The notes under the pieces were generated by a model. The model was not told the DNA's origin, did not search any database, and saw nothing but the letters and a program-made list of their open reading frames with translations. From a virus, in IMG/VR virus record IMGVR_UViG_3300005613_000018, positions 1 through 64,000 of that record: a stretch of 64,000 nucleotides of DNA. One strand, 5' to 3'. Each line of letters opens with the position of its first letter. The first letter of the stretch is position 1. Made by a program: the position numbers and the translations under genes. Below are positions 9,316 to 19,470 of the stretch, in pieces.

Positions 9316-9986
9316 TGTTTAAACACATTGAAATTGATTATCCTAATCTCGAAAGAGAAACTATCGACGGTGTTAGATATTATGATACTCCTGATGGTCA
9401 AAAGTTAGTATCTATTACTTCTATAATTAGTCACTACAATCGAGAAACTTTTCGTAAGTGGAGAGAAAGAATTGGTAATGATGAAGCTAATAAGATAACA
9501 AAAGCTGCTACCAGTCGTGGTACAGATATGCATACTTGTGTTGAATATTATCTCAAAAATATTGAACACCCTAAAGTCCAACCTCTTTCGGAGTTCTTAT
9601 TTAAACAATCAAAACCCGATTTAGATAAGATTGATAACATTCACGCTCTTGAACAGTCTTTATTCAGTAAACAGTTAGGTGTTGCTGGTACTGTTGATTG
9701 TATTGCTGAATATAATGGTGAACTTGCTATTATTGATTTCAAGACCAGTAAGAAACCAAAACCAAAGAAATGGATTGAACACTATTTTGTACAATGTGCG
9801 GCATATTCTTGTATGTTGTATGAAATGTGTGGTATAATTGTTAAAAAGTTTGTCATCATCATGTCATGTGAGGATGGGGAATGTGTTGTTTATGAAGAGT
9901 ATGACAAAAGAAAGTACATCAACCTTCTCTCAGAATATATTAGAGAGTTTGTTGAATTCAAGTTACAATCCTATGAAAGAAAATAA
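9312..9986 (+). CDS. PD-(D/E)xK exonuclease
   Basis: SITSII, RGTDMH, AGTVDC, IIDFKTS, Q-x-x-AY. Confidence 0.88.
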   Translation: MMFKHIEIDYPNLERETIDGVRYYDTPDGQKLVSITSIISHYNRETFRKWRERIGNDEANKITKAATSRGTDMHTCVEYYLKNIEHPKVQPLSEFLFKQSKPDLDKIDNIHALEQSLFSKQLGVAGTVDCIAEYNGELAIIDFKTSKKPKPKKWIEHYFVQCAAYSCMLYEMCGIIVKKFVIIMSCEDGECVVYEEYDKRKYINLLSEYIREFVEFKLQSYERK

Positions 9987-10239
9987 AGAAGACATCAATG
10001 ATTTGATCGAGTCTAAATTTTATTGTTCTAGGAAATTTTCTGAAGAAATTGAGAAAATTGTAAAGGAGAATAAAGATATGAAATACATTGACGCTATTGT
10101 CTTTTTTTGTGAAGAGAATAATGTTGATGTTGAATCAATTCCAAAATTAATATCAAAGCCACTTAAGGAAAGACTTAAGTGTGAAGCGATCGATTTGAAT
10201 CTATTGAAAAAAACTTCTCGAGCTAAACTTCCATTATGA
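9973..10239 (+). CDS. gp33: Late transcription co-activator gp33
   Basis: YIDAIVFFCEEN..ISKPLKERLKCEA; synteny with gp59/gp32. Confidence 0.85.
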   Translation: MKENKEDINDLIESKFYCSRKFSEEIEKIVKENKDMKYIDAIVFFCEENNVDVESIPKLISKPLKERLKCEAIDLNLLKKTSRAKLPL

Positions 10240-10844
10240 TACCAAAGGTGACACCTTTCGAAACCTACAAGTCTTATCTTGGACTTAAGAATCATTTTAC
10301 TAAACCAAAGTATGATTACCACAAATACTGTGGTAAGAGTCGTGCATCTCTTCAGAGTTTCTACAAAAGAAGGGATCGTTTTTTCTTTGAGAAGTTAAGC
10401 AGACAAAAGAATGATGAAGAAGTAATTGAATTTTTTGTTTCTAATTTCATTTCTTGTACTGATCCCAACTCTTTGTGGATTGGTGAGATTATGAATAATG
10501 GAGAAAAAAATTATTCTGATTGGAAAAAAAGAACTCAATCACTTACTTATATCTTCAAGAATGAATCTGAAAGTCTTTTTAGTGAACACAAAGTAGATGA
10601 AATTTTTGACTGTTCAAAAGGACATCCTTTAATTTTAAAAAAATACTTGAATGATGATATTTCTATCGAATTGATGGTAATTTATGATAGAATATTTTCT
10701 TATGTGAAAGATTTCGATAAAAAACTTGTAGACCCAGTGTGGGAATCCGTAAGTTCTAAAATTAAGAAATATTCTTCCTTCCTACATATAGATGTATTTA
10801 AATACAAGAAAATCTTAAAACAAATTGTAGTATCGGAGAGATAA
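10236..10844 (+). CDS. gp59: Helicase loader gp59
   Basis: YLGLKNHF..YDY..Y, FYKRRDRFFFEKL. Confidence 0.9.
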   Translation: MIPKVTPFETYKSYLGLKNHFTKPKYDYHKYCGKSRASLQSFYKRRDRFFFEKLSRQKNDEEVIEFFVSNFISCTDPNSLWIGEIMNNGEKNYSDWKKRTQSLTYIFKNESESLFSEHKVDEIFDCSKGHPLILKKYLNDDISIELMVIYDRIFSYVKDFDKKLVDPVWESVSSKIKKYSSFLHIDVFKYKKILKQIVVSER

Positions 10845-11176
10845 TGAGTTTCTTTAAATCAAAATTAGTTCGAGAAGAAATTCAAGAAATTTCTAATCTT
10901 CAGGATCAGATCTATTCACATGTTTTTAGTTTTTCTGAGATGTCAAAGGATGAAAAACTTGGACATGTTGATTTGTTAGAGGAGTTGTTGAAGAAACAAC
11001 AAATTCTTTATACTAGATTGAGTCTTTCGGATGATCCTGAAGCAAAAACTATGAAAGAAAATATTCTCAATTCTGCAAAGTCTTTGGGATTTAATGAAGA
11101 TATTGATCTAAATTATCTCTTCAGAAATATGGAGAGTGTCATTGAGTCTATGAGAGATACCATTAAGAGGTCTTGA
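10844..11176 (+). CDS. DUF1825-like protein
   Basis: MSFFKSKLVREE...RLSLSDDPEA. Confidence 0.7.
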   Translation: MSFFKSKLVREEIQEISNLQDQIYSHVFSFSEMSKDEKLGHVDLLEELLKKQQILYTRLSLSDDPEAKTMKENILNSAKSLGFNEDIDLNYLFRNMESVIESMRDTIKRS

Positions 11177-11203
11177 CACCTCTCCCAATCCGATCTATAT
11201 TAT

Positions 11204-11237
11204 TGGGGTTCCCAGTTACCCCACCAAAAACTGGGAA
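11204..11237 (+). promoter_or_regulatory. Predicted H-type pseudoknot in gp32 leader
   Basis: TGGGG/CCCCA crossing TTCCCAGTT/AACTGGGAA. Confidence 0.6.
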
Positions 11238-11270
11238 ATAGGCCAAATACACTTAATACGAGGTATACAA

Positions 11271-12209
11271 ATGGGTTTTTCAGACCTTAAAAAACAATCT
11301 TCTCTTGGTTCTCTTACTGCTAAACTGGTAAAAGAAGTTGAGAAACAAAACAACAATAGTGGTGGAGGAGTTGATGATCGACTCTGGAAACCTGAAATGG
11401 ATAAGAGTGGTAATGGTTACGCTGTAATCCGTTTTCTTCCTGCACCTGATGGGGAAGACCTTCCTTGGGTAAAACTGTTCTCTCACGCGTTTCAAGGACC
11501 TGGTGGATGGTATATCGAGAACTCACTGACTACAAACGGTGGAAAAGATCCTGTCAGTGAATTGAATCGTGAACTGTGGAATAGTGGTAACGAATCAGAT
11601 AAGGAGACTGTTCGTAAACAGAAACGTAAACTGTCCTATTACGCAAATATCTATGTTGTAAAGGATCCTGCCAATCCTCAAAATGAAGGTGGTGTATTCC
11701 TCTATAAGTTTGGTAAGAAGATCTTTGATAAGATCATGGGTGCTATGCAACCTGAATTTGAAGATGAAACACCTATCAATCCCTTTGATTTCTGGGAAGG
11801 TGCTAACTTCAAAATCAAACTGAAGAAAGTTGCTGGTTATTGGAACTATGATTCTTCCGAGTTTGATCGTCCTGGTCCTCTTTTGGATGATGATGACGCA
11901 ATGGAAGCAATCTGGAAGAAAGAATATTCTCTGACTGATCTTATTTCTGATGATAAGTTCAAGTCTTATGATGAATTGAAAAAGCGTCTTGATTATGTTC
12001 TCGGAACTAAATCTACTCGTTCAACTCCTGTTCAGGAAGAGACTGAGTATGATAACTATCAAGAATCTGAACGAAAGAAAGTCACTGAGGATGAAGTGAT
12101 GTCTAAACTCGAAGAGTCTTATAAGGCATCAAAGACTGTGGAACCAAGTAGTTCTTCTGATGATGACGATGATCCTATGAGTTACTTCGCTCGTCTCGCA
12201 GACTCCTGA
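11271..12209 (+). CDS. gp32: Single-stranded DNA-binding protein gp32
   Basis: GNGYAVIRFLP, WYIENSLTT, YWNYDSSEF, acidic C-tail. Confidence 0.96.
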   Translation: MGFSDLKKQSSLGSLTAKLVKEVEKQNNNSGGGVDDRLWKPEMDKSGNGYAVIRFLPAPDGEDLPWVKLFSHAFQGPGGWYIENSLTTNGGKDPVSELNRELWNSGNESDKETVRKQKRKLSYYANIYVVKDPANPQNEGGVFLYKFGKKIFDKIMGAMQPEFEDETPINPFDFWEGANFKIKLKKVAGYWNYDSSEFDRPGPLLDDDDAMEAIWKKEYSLTDLISDDKFKSYDELKKRLDYVLGTKSTRSTPVQEETEYDNYQESERKKVTEDEVMSKLEESYKASKTVEPSSSSDDDDDPMSYFARLADS

Positions 12210-12257
12210 GAGAAAATCAACTTTTAATTCCAAAAAAGTCGGGAAAAAAATCCTGGC

Positions 12258-12300
12258 AAAAAAGAGTCCTATTACTTTTTATAGGACTCTTTTCTTTTTA
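12258..12300. terminator. Bidirectional terminator between convergent gp32 and gp53
   Basis: AAAAGAGTCCTAT...ATAGGACTCTTTT. Confidence 0.8.
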
Positions 12301-12966
12301 ATAAAGTCTAATATTATCTCCTCTTACAACTTTACTGGAGACATATTGAGAACTTCCTGATTCATATGGTAAGAGATTATTCATATCATCAAGAACAAGA
12401 TTAATATATTGATCTTTTAGAACATAGATATTTCTTCTTTTATTCTGAAGTCTTTCTTCATAAATGTAATTTGTAACTTCATTAGTAATTTGAGTAGCTG
12501 TTCTTTCGGTATTTGTTCCCGGATCATAAAAGGTTATAGAATAATTTTGAGGAACTTCTAAACCTTTTGGAAGAATAACTCTTCCTTGTGAATTCTTCAC
12601 TTCTTTTGATTCATAATGATGAGAAGAGTATATTCTTTCTTCATCTCCATATTTTGAGATGAGATAATTATAGAAAGATTGTTGTGTCAGTGGCCATTCG
12701 GTTTCAAGATTAACAATATTGTTTGACATCATAATTAACCAGTCAAAGTTAGAGTCATTATATACCTTGAAGGCTACATTATCTGGTCTTTCATCTCCAA
12801 TAATTGTATATTTTGTAAAATAAGAAGCATCATTAAAGATATCTGGTCTTACTTGAAGTCTCTTGAAGAGATTTTTGACTCTGACATAATCTCCAATACG
12901 TTTAGCTCCCTGAAGACGGCTAACGTAATCGAAATCTGGAACATATCTGAAAAAAGGTTTAGCCAT
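12298..12966 (-). CDS. gp53: Baseplate wedge protein gp53
   Basis: ERPDNVA..VY....DWLI...NNI....EWP. Confidence 0.9.
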   Translation of the reverse strand: MAKPFFRYVPDFDYVSRLQGAKRIGDYVRVKNLFKRLQVRPDIFNDASYFTKYTIIGDERPDNVAFKVYNDSNFDWLIMMSNNIVNLETEWPLTQQSFYNYLISKYGDEERIYSSHHYESKEVKNSQGRVILPKGLEVPQNYSITFYDPGTNTERTATQITNEVTNYIYEERLQNKRRNIYVLKDQYINLVLDDMNNLLPYESGSSQYVSSKVVRGDNIRLY

Positions 12967-12968
12967 TT

Positions 12969-14462
12969 TTAGTACCCCATACCGGATGTTTGATCTTCTT
13001 CATAAATTGGTTCGATTTCACCGAAACTTAGTGATAAATTATACGCTGTCATAGAAGGAACATCTTTATAAGTCATATAAGAACCATCAGGTGTGTAGTC
13101 AACACTGAGGTTTGTCAATGCACATGGTTTAAATTTATGCATGAATGGATGTTGCCCACTTCCTTGATAAACATATTCTAATTTAAATATATCTGGGAAT
13201 TTTAAGAAAAGTTTCCCTTTAGTTTTCTTTGGTGCTGAAGCTCTTTTAAGTGTTAAGATAATGTCACGAATTACTTGAGCTTCTGCTGGTTCTCTAGGAG
13301 TAAGTTTAAAGTTAAAATTAAATTGTCTAAGTCGAGGGCCATTAAATAACAACTCAAGATTGGGGTTAATCACCTGTCCGGTAGATCTCCCTTGTACATT
13401 AGCTCCAACTATTTTTCCAGCAAAATAAGCTTTTACAAAACCTTCTAGATTTTGTTCATTCAAATATCCCGAAACATCTTGTCCGGCTCTTTTAAAGGTA
13501 TCAATCAAAGTTTGTTTCAACTGTTCATAACTTTGAGATTGTCCCAAGCCACCCATTGCACCCATAATAACATCAGAGGTTGCTCTTTGTAATTCATTTA
13601 ATCTATCTTCACCCCAATCAATAGAAGTTGTTTCACTTAAAGCTGGTTGCATTGGTAAGAAGATAGTTCCTTGACTTTGTGAATTTCGATACCTTCCTTG
13701 CCCACCTCCTGCACTAAGAGAAGGTATGTATTGAATAATGTCAATCTTTATATAATCTAAGCCAACAGGATCATTTAATGGATAACTTAAACGACCTCCA
13801 CCACCACTACTTGCAGGAGCTCCCCCAGCCCCACCTTGATCAAAAAAGTTTTGATTTAAATCAAACTCTGAACCATCTCCAAAAAAAGTACTATCTGGAA
13901 CAGTAAAAGGAGATCCTATATCTCCACTTTGATCGAAAAAGTTTTGATTCAAATCAAACGGAGAACCATTTTCTAATGTTTGGAAAAGTCCTCCTATATT
14001 AGGATCTGCAACTGATGTTCCTCCACTATTAATGACTTGCCCTGTGGTTGGATTTGTTACTCCAGGAATACCACTATTAAAGTGAGATTGTCTTATATTT
14101 TCTGCATCACCATCATAATTAGCATCACTGTTAAGAATTTGAGACCTTACTTCATTACCAAGAGCAGTTCCAGAATTACCAAGTCCAATACCTGTAGCAC
14201 CAGGAGTATTTCCAAAGAGAAATTGTTGTGAAAATTCGAGTTCTGTTAATTGATTTGTTGCACCTGGTCTTGAATTATAAGCATTTATAAATTCAGTTTC
14301 ATTTGGAAATTCCCAATTTAATTCAGGATTATTTGATCCAGCAGAAGTTGCCCATACTGTTCCTGATGTTGGATCTCTCCAAGTTGTATTTCCTGTGGCT
14401 GGATCAGTTCCAATTTCGACTCTCAGACCATTCCATATAGTTATTTGTTTTACTTCTGCCAT
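12969..14462 (-). CDS. gp48: Baseplate tail-tube cap gp48 with long N-terminal extension
   Basis: NPNLELLFNGPRLRQFNFNFKL, KFKPCALTNLSVDYTPDG, FGEIEP. Confidence 0.85.
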   Translation of the reverse strand: MAEVKQITIWNGLRVEIGTDPATGNTTWRDPTSGTVWATSAGSNNPELNWEFPNETEFINAYNSRPGATNQLTELEFSQQFLFGNTPGATGIGLGNSGTALGNEVRSQILNSDANYDGDAENIRQSHFNSGIPGVTNPTTGQVINSGGTSVADPNIGGLFQTLENGSPFDLNQNFFDQSGDIGSPFTVPDSTFFGDGSEFDLNQNFFDQGGAGGAPASSGGGGRLSYPLNDPVGLDYIKIDIIQYIPSLSAGGGQGRYRNSQSQGTIFLPMQPALSETTSIDWGEDRLNELQRATSDVIMGAMGGLGQSQSYEQLKQTLIDTFKRAGQDVSGYLNEQNLEGFVKAYFAGKIVGANVQGRSTGQVINPNLELLFNGPRLRQFNFNFKLTPREPAEAQVIRDIILTLKRASAPKKTKGKLFLKFPDIFKLEYVYQGSGQHPFMHKFKPCALTNLSVDYTPDGSYMTYKDVPSMTAYNLSLSFGEIEPIYEEDQTSGMGY

Positions 14463-14487
14463 TTGATATGCATAAAACTGGTCTAGT

Positions 14488-14871
14488 TTAGTTATTTATC
14501 TTGAATTTTTGATATGGGATTGATCTCAAATCTTCCAATTCCATAGGATAAACTACATGAAGATTTCCAATGACTTCTGTCCATCTATAATTTCTATAGT
14601 CTCCCCAGTGATAATTTATTCCTCTAAATCCCCATCTGAAAAGACCAATACAAGCAATTAATGGATGTTCATCATATTCTATTCTTGGAGTGATGGGTTT
14701 ATATATGAATGTATAATATCTACCAACATCAGGGACAACAACAGTATCTGTCAGAGTTTCTATGATCGTAAGCATCATATCATCAGGGTCTGTTGTTCCT
14801 GATAATATGTCTATTAATTTCTCTGTTCTATCTGTTTCGTTTCTTAGATACTCTTCTTGTTCTTTGTCCAT
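14488..14871 (-). CDS. Possible gp2-like DNA end protector
   Basis: GRYYTFIY, YDEHPLI, GFRGINYH; adjacent to gp4. Confidence 0.5.
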   Translation of the reverse strand: MDKEQEEYLRNETDRTEKLIDILSGTTDPDDMMLTIIETLTDTVVVPDVGRYYTFIYKPITPRIEYDEHPLIACIGLFRWGFRGINYHWGDYRNYRWTEVIGNLHVVYPMELEDLRSIPYQKFKINN

Positions 14872-15325
14872 AAGGTTTGATACCTAAATCGTTTTCTGTA
14901 AGAACTTTGAACTCTAAAGAGTTATCTTCTGCAAACTCTCGAGCATATTTCCACTTAGCTTGATTTACAGCGTATGTTTTCACTTCATTAATATAAGTTT
15001 TGGTCACTCTAGAAGGTTTTTTTGGTTCTAGAGTTTGTCTCAGAGGTTTAATTTCAACAATATATTTCTTTATTTCACCATTTGAATGTTTAATCTTAAC
15101 AAAACCATCAGGATAGTATCTATGAACTCTATTGTCTACTGGTGAAACATAGGGAATTGAAAATTCCTCACTAGCATATTCTAAAACATTATCATTTCTA
15201 TCACACCATTGAAGAAAATGTAACTCCCAAGAACTTCTATAAACAATATTATTAGGATCTCCTAGATATTTGTTTGGATTTTGTGGGTGAAATTTTCCTT
15301 GATGCCACTTACTATCTTTCGGCAT
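14828..15325 (-). CDS. gp4: Head completion nuclease gp4
   Basis: YRSSWE, HRYYPD, VEIKP, NQAKW; late promoter TATAAATA at 15354-15361 (-). Confidence 0.93.
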   Translation of the reverse strand: MPKDSKWHQGKFHPQNPNKYLGDPNNIVYRSSWELHFLQWCDRNDNVLEYASEEFSIPYVSPVDNRVHRYYPDGFVKIKHSNGEIKKYIVEIKPLRQTLEPKKPSRVTKTYINEVKTYAVNQAKWKYAREFAEDNSLEFKVLTENDLGIKPYGQRTRRVSKKRNR

Positions 15326-15362
15326 TTCATATACATAGTAATATCAATAAGAGTATTTATAG

Positions 15363-16001
15363 ATGGCAGGACCAAGGCCAAATAAATTTTCAGCTTCTCA
15401 GATAAAAAGTAGATTATTACATAATGCTCAGACATCTGTTTATCAGGTAAAACTGAAACCACCTCTTTCTGTTATTGATTTTTTGAACAGTAGGGGATTT
15501 AATTATTTTGGTCAAGGTGAAGATGTTGAATTGAGATGTGAATCAGCATCTTTACCTGGAAGTTCATTTTCAACTCATTCACAAGAAAATGACTATCATG
15601 GTGTGAGTGAGAAAATGGCATATAGAAGGTTATATGATTCGACCACTGATTTTACCTTCTATGTTGGTAGAGATTATGGTGTTATTGAAATGTTTGATGG
15701 TTGGATGGATTATATTTCTAATGTTAATCCATTGGATGAATTTAGAGGTGAGTTTGCTCATCATAGAATGAATTATCCTCTTGGTGGAACTGGATATCAG
15801 AGTAATGTTTTTATTAGTAAGTTTGAGAAAGATTTAGATCGACCAGGATACAATAGTAGAAGATACTTAGAATATGAATTTGTAAGAGCATTTCCACTGA
15901 ATATGATTGCAACTCCAGTTTCATATGCACCAAGTGACACACTAAGATGTACAGTTTCTATGTCATATATTCGTTATGTAAAACAAAGAAAAAATGGCTA
16001 A
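15363..16001 (+). CDS. Tail-tube-fold baseplate protein (gp54/gp19-like)
   Basis: CESASLPG, FDGWMDYI, AFPLN; location. Confidence 0.6.
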   Translation: MAGPRPNKFSASQIKSRLLHNAQTSVYQVKLKPPLSVIDFLNSRGFNYFGQGEDVELRCESASLPGSSFSTHSQENDYHGVSEKMAYRRLYDSTTDFTFYVGRDYGVIEMFDGWMDYISNVNPLDEFRGEFAHHRMNYPLGGTGYQSNVFISKFEKDLDRPGYNSRRYLEYEFVRAFPLNMIATPVSYAPSDTLRCTVSMSYIRYVKQRKNG

Positions 16002-16045
16002 TAAGTTGAAATAAATAAAACAACTGAACTTGTTATCAAGACATC

Positions 16046-16765
16046 ATGCCATTACCAAAAATTGCTGCACCAACATATGAGTTGGAATTGCCTTCTACAA
16101 AAGATACGATTAAATATAGACCATTTTTAGTTAAGGAAGAAAAACTCCTGGTTCTTGCATTGGAAAGTGAGGATACAAAAGAAATTACGACAGCAATTAA
16201 ATCTGTTATTAAGAATTGTATTCAGACAAGAGGAATTAAAGTAGAAACACTTCCTACATTTGATATTGAATATTTGTTCTTGAATATTCGTGGTAAATCA
16301 GTAGGAGAAGAGGTTGAGGTTAATATCATTGCACCAGATGATGGTGTGACACAAATTCCCGTAACTATTGCTCTCAATGATATTAAAGTTGTAGAACACG
16401 AAGATCATAACAAACAAATCAAACTTGATGATAATTTAATGATGGAGATGAAGTATCCTTCTCTCGATCAATTTATCAAGAATAATTTTGATTTTGACCA
16501 AAGAAATAATATTGACCAATCATTTGAATTGATTTCTACTTGTATTGATAAGATTTATAGTGAAGATGAGGTTTGGTCTACTTCTGATGTTTCAAAGAAA
16601 GAAGTTATTGAATTCTTAGAACAGATGAATTCTCTTCAGTTCAAACAGATTGAGAAGTTTTTTGAGACGATGCCTAAACTTTCACATACTTTGAATGTTG
16701 TGAATCCAAAAACAAAAGTGAAGAGTAGTGTCGTTCTGGAGGGATTATCCAGTTTTTTCGCATAG
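16046..16765 (+). CDS. gp26: Baseplate hub subunit gp26
   Basis: MPLPKI..PTYEL, YRPFLVKEEK, FDIEYLFLNIRGKSVGE. Confidence 0.93.
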   Translation: MPLPKIAAPTYELELPSTKDTIKYRPFLVKEEKLLVLALESEDTKEITTAIKSVIKNCIQTRGIKVETLPTFDIEYLFLNIRGKSVGEEVEVNIIAPDDGVTQIPVTIALNDIKVVEHEDHNKQIKLDDNLMMEMKYPSLDQFIKNNFDFDQRNNIDQSFELISTCIDKIYSEDEVWSTSDVSKKEVIEFLEQMNSLQFKQIEKFFETMPKLSHTLNVVNPKTKVKSSVVLEGLSSFFA

Positions 16766-16767
16766 GA

Positions 16768-16950
16768 TTGATCCATATGGATCTTGAGAACTACTTCAGA
16801 TTAAATTTTGCTCTGATGCAGTACCATAAATATTCATTGACTGAGATTGAAAATATGATGCCATGGGAACGTGACATCTATGTTATATTACTTCAACAGC
16901 ATCTTGAGGAAGAAGAACTGAAACAAAAACAACGAAATGGCACGACGTAA
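16768..16950 (+). CDS. gp51: Baseplate hub assembly catalyst gp51
   Basis: NFALMQYHKYSLTEIENMMPWERDIY. Confidence 0.9.
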   Translation: MIHMDLENYFRLNFALMQYHKYSLTEIENMMPWERDIYVILLQQHLEEEELKQKQRNGTT

Positions 16951-19468
16951 TTTACGAAAAGCTTACGAGTTCAAACTTGGTAAAGAACGTGCCAGTAAAT
17001 TGTCTGATGAGCAAATAAATTTGCTCTCAAAGTATTACAACTCTTTAAGTGAATCTGAACAGAGTTCGATTGATAATGCCATTTCACAAGGAAGAACTAA
17101 TGATCTCTCCGAAATGGCTGATGCATTTATTGCGGAGAGTGAGGAAAGTGTTGTAACCGAATCTCCGGAAGAAACCATTCCAGAAGGTCTTGATGATCTT
17201 CTCAAGAGTATACAAGAAGTCAAAGAAAAAGTAGAAGATAAACCAGGTGCTCTTGTTGTATATGAACCAACAAGAGATGAAGAACTAGTTGATGAAGAAG
17301 TAGATGAGAGAATTTTAAATATTCTTGGTTTAGATGATACAGTAGGTATTGACTACGGAACTTATAAAACTCTTCTCAAAGAGAAGATGGTTGCTGGTAG
17401 AATGGCTGATAGTCAAATGCCAACAGAAGAAGTAGAACTTCTCACTAATGAATATAAAAGGGTTAAGTCAGAAACTGGTAGATTTAAGATTAGAAAGAAG
17501 AAAATATCTGTAGAATCTTTTACTGAAGAACCACAAAAGGCAGAAACAAAACCACAAAAGGCTCAAGTAACTCCTCTTCTTCCTGGTGTTAACTTAAAAA
17601 GGGAAGAAGAGGAAAAGGAAGAACAGAAAGAAGAAGATAAAAAACAGACAGATTCAATTGAAGATTTAAAGACATTTGTAGAAAGATCTCTTGTTCCTGC
17701 TTTATCAAAAATTGAAAAAAATCTGGAAGGAATTATTTCTACCATAGAAAAACAGGTTGAACTCGAATCCAAACAAGAGAAAAAAGAAAGAATTGCTGCT
17801 GAAAAAACTAAAAAGAGAGTAAGAGAAGAAAAATCGGAAACACCAAAAGAAAATAAGTTTGCAAAAACTCTTGACAAAATTACAAAACCTGTAAAAGGAT
17901 TCATTGAAAGAATTATAGAAATTCTTAGTTCTTTTCTTATTGGTTCTGGTCTCTTACGATTGATTGATATTCTCAAGGATCCAATGGGATATCTTGATAG
18001 AATAGTTGATTGGGCAAATGGAATTATAAAAGGTATAGAAGATCAGATTAAAAAATTAATAACTCCTTTTTACGATTCTGTTAATTTTGTAATATCACAA
18101 ATTAATAATATAGGACAAAATATAGAAGATACTTTGAATTCTGTTAGGAGGCTTTTTGGCCAACAACCTGATGACAACATTTTTACTCCCATTGATCCTG
18201 TAAAAATCCCGGATACAATTCTCCCAAGAATACCGGACCCAAATCCAAAAACTGGGCCTAATGCTAAAAATCCTCAACAATCTAGTAGCCAATCATCTCA
18301 ACCACAACCATCTAGTAGCCAACCAGCTCAACAATTGGCTGGTGGTGGTGAAGTGATTAATATTCAAAATATTTCTTATCAAGGTGGTGGAGATGTAAAT
18401 AAGGATTCTGGTATCACTATTACTGGAATGGGTCCTGATACTCAACTCATTGCGGCACAACCTGGTGAAATTGTAATGAGTAAAAAGGCAGTTGATGCCT
18501 ATGGTGCTGATACTCTTCTTTCTATGAACAAAGAGGCTGGAGGAACTAATATACCAAAGTTTGGAAAAATTAAAGGTTTCCAAGGTGGTGGACAAGTCGG
18601 TAAAGGTGGTGATGGTAAGTATTCATCACTACTCAGTTTTATATCTAAAGGTGAAGGTGGGTATAATTCGATGAATCAAGGTACTATTAATAATAGAATT
18701 GTTGGTAGTACTAATAATGCATCAACAAAAGTTGGCAAAGATTTAACTGATATGACTATTGGTGAAATTATAAAACGTCAAGATTTTTTAATGAATCCAA
18801 ATAATCCACAGGTGAGTGATTATGGACTTTTTGCTGTTGGTAGATATCAAATAATCCCACCCACAATGAAAGAGATTTTACCTAAGAGTGGATTAAGTAC
18901 GAGTGACAAATTTACTCCAAAAAATCAAGATAAACTTGGCATAACTTTAATTACTAAAAAACAACCTAGAGTAGGTGCATATTTGTCTGGTAAGAATAAT
19001 GATATATTCGGTGCAATGGATGCACTATCAAATGAGTTTGCTTCGATGCCAGATCCAAGGACTGGTAATTCTAAGTATGGTAGCGGTAATAGAGCCTTAC
19101 ATACCGTACAGGAAGTTAGATCCGCATTACTTCAAGCTAGAGGTGAGATTCAGCAATCAAAAACAGAACAAAATAAACCTATTCCTAAATCAACTCCTAC
19201 ACTACCTCCAACTCCTACACTACCTCCAACTCCTACACCGATAGAAGTTACTCCACAAACACCACCAAGTAGGAGTATTACACCACCTAGTAGTAGAAGT
19301 AGAGTAATTCCACTTCCTATTCCTTCTGCTGGTGGAGGTTCACAAAAAAGTCCAATTCTTAGTGGTTCTGGGGCCAATCAAAAACAAGCACCATCATTTA
19401 GTTCTACAGATGTAAACAATCCTGAACTTATCGTCGTTAAAGCAATATACAACATAGTAGGTAATTAA
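16937..19468 (+). CDS. Virion protein with coiled-coil and lysozyme-like domain
   Basis: GEGGYN...AVGRYQIIPPT...FTPKNQD lysozyme-like motifs. Confidence 0.65.
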   Translation: MARRNLRKAYEFKLGKERASKLSDEQINLLSKYYNSLSESEQSSIDNAISQGRTNDLSEMADAFIAESEESVVTESPEETIPEGLDDLLKSIQEVKEKVEDKPGALVVYEPTRDEELVDEEVDERILNILGLDDTVGIDYGTYKTLLKEKMVAGRMADSQMPTEEVELLTNEYKRVKSETGRFKIRKKKISVESFTEEPQKAETKPQKAQVTPLLPGVNLKREEEEKEEQKEEDKKQTDSIEDLKTFVERSLVPALSKIEKNLEGIISTIEKQVELESKQEKKERIAAEKTKKRVREEKSETPKENKFAKTLDKITKPVKGFIERIIEILSSFLIGSGLLRLIDILKDPMGYLDRIVDWANGIIKGIEDQIKKLITPFYDSVNFVISQINNIGQNIEDTLNSVRRLFGQQPDDNIFTPIDPVKIPDTILPRIPDPNPKTGPNAKNPQQSSSQSSQPQPSSSQPAQQLAGGGEVINIQNISYQGGGDVNKDSGITITGMGPDTQLIAAQPGEIVMSKKAVDAYGADTLLSMNKEAGGTNIPKFGKIKGFQGGGQVGKGGDGKYSSLLSFISKGEGGYNSMNQGTINNRIVGSTNNASTKVGKDLTDMTIGEIIKRQDFLMNPNNPQVSDYGLFAVGRYQIIPPTMKEILPKSGLSTSDKFTPKNQDKLGITLITKKQPRVGAYLSGKNNDIFGAMDALSNEFASMPDPRTGNSKYGSGNRALHTVQEVRSALLQARGEIQQSKTEQNKPIPKSTPTLPPTPTLPPTPTPIEVTPQTPPSRSITPPSSRSRVIPLPIPSAGGGSQKSPILSGSGANQKQAPSFSSTDVNNPELIVVKAIYNIVGN

Positions 19469-19470
19469 TC

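Noticed and set aside
9312-9986. Cas4 call for the exonuclease
   Set aside because: No Fe-S cysteine pattern; sits in the core thyX-phoH-exo-gp33 block
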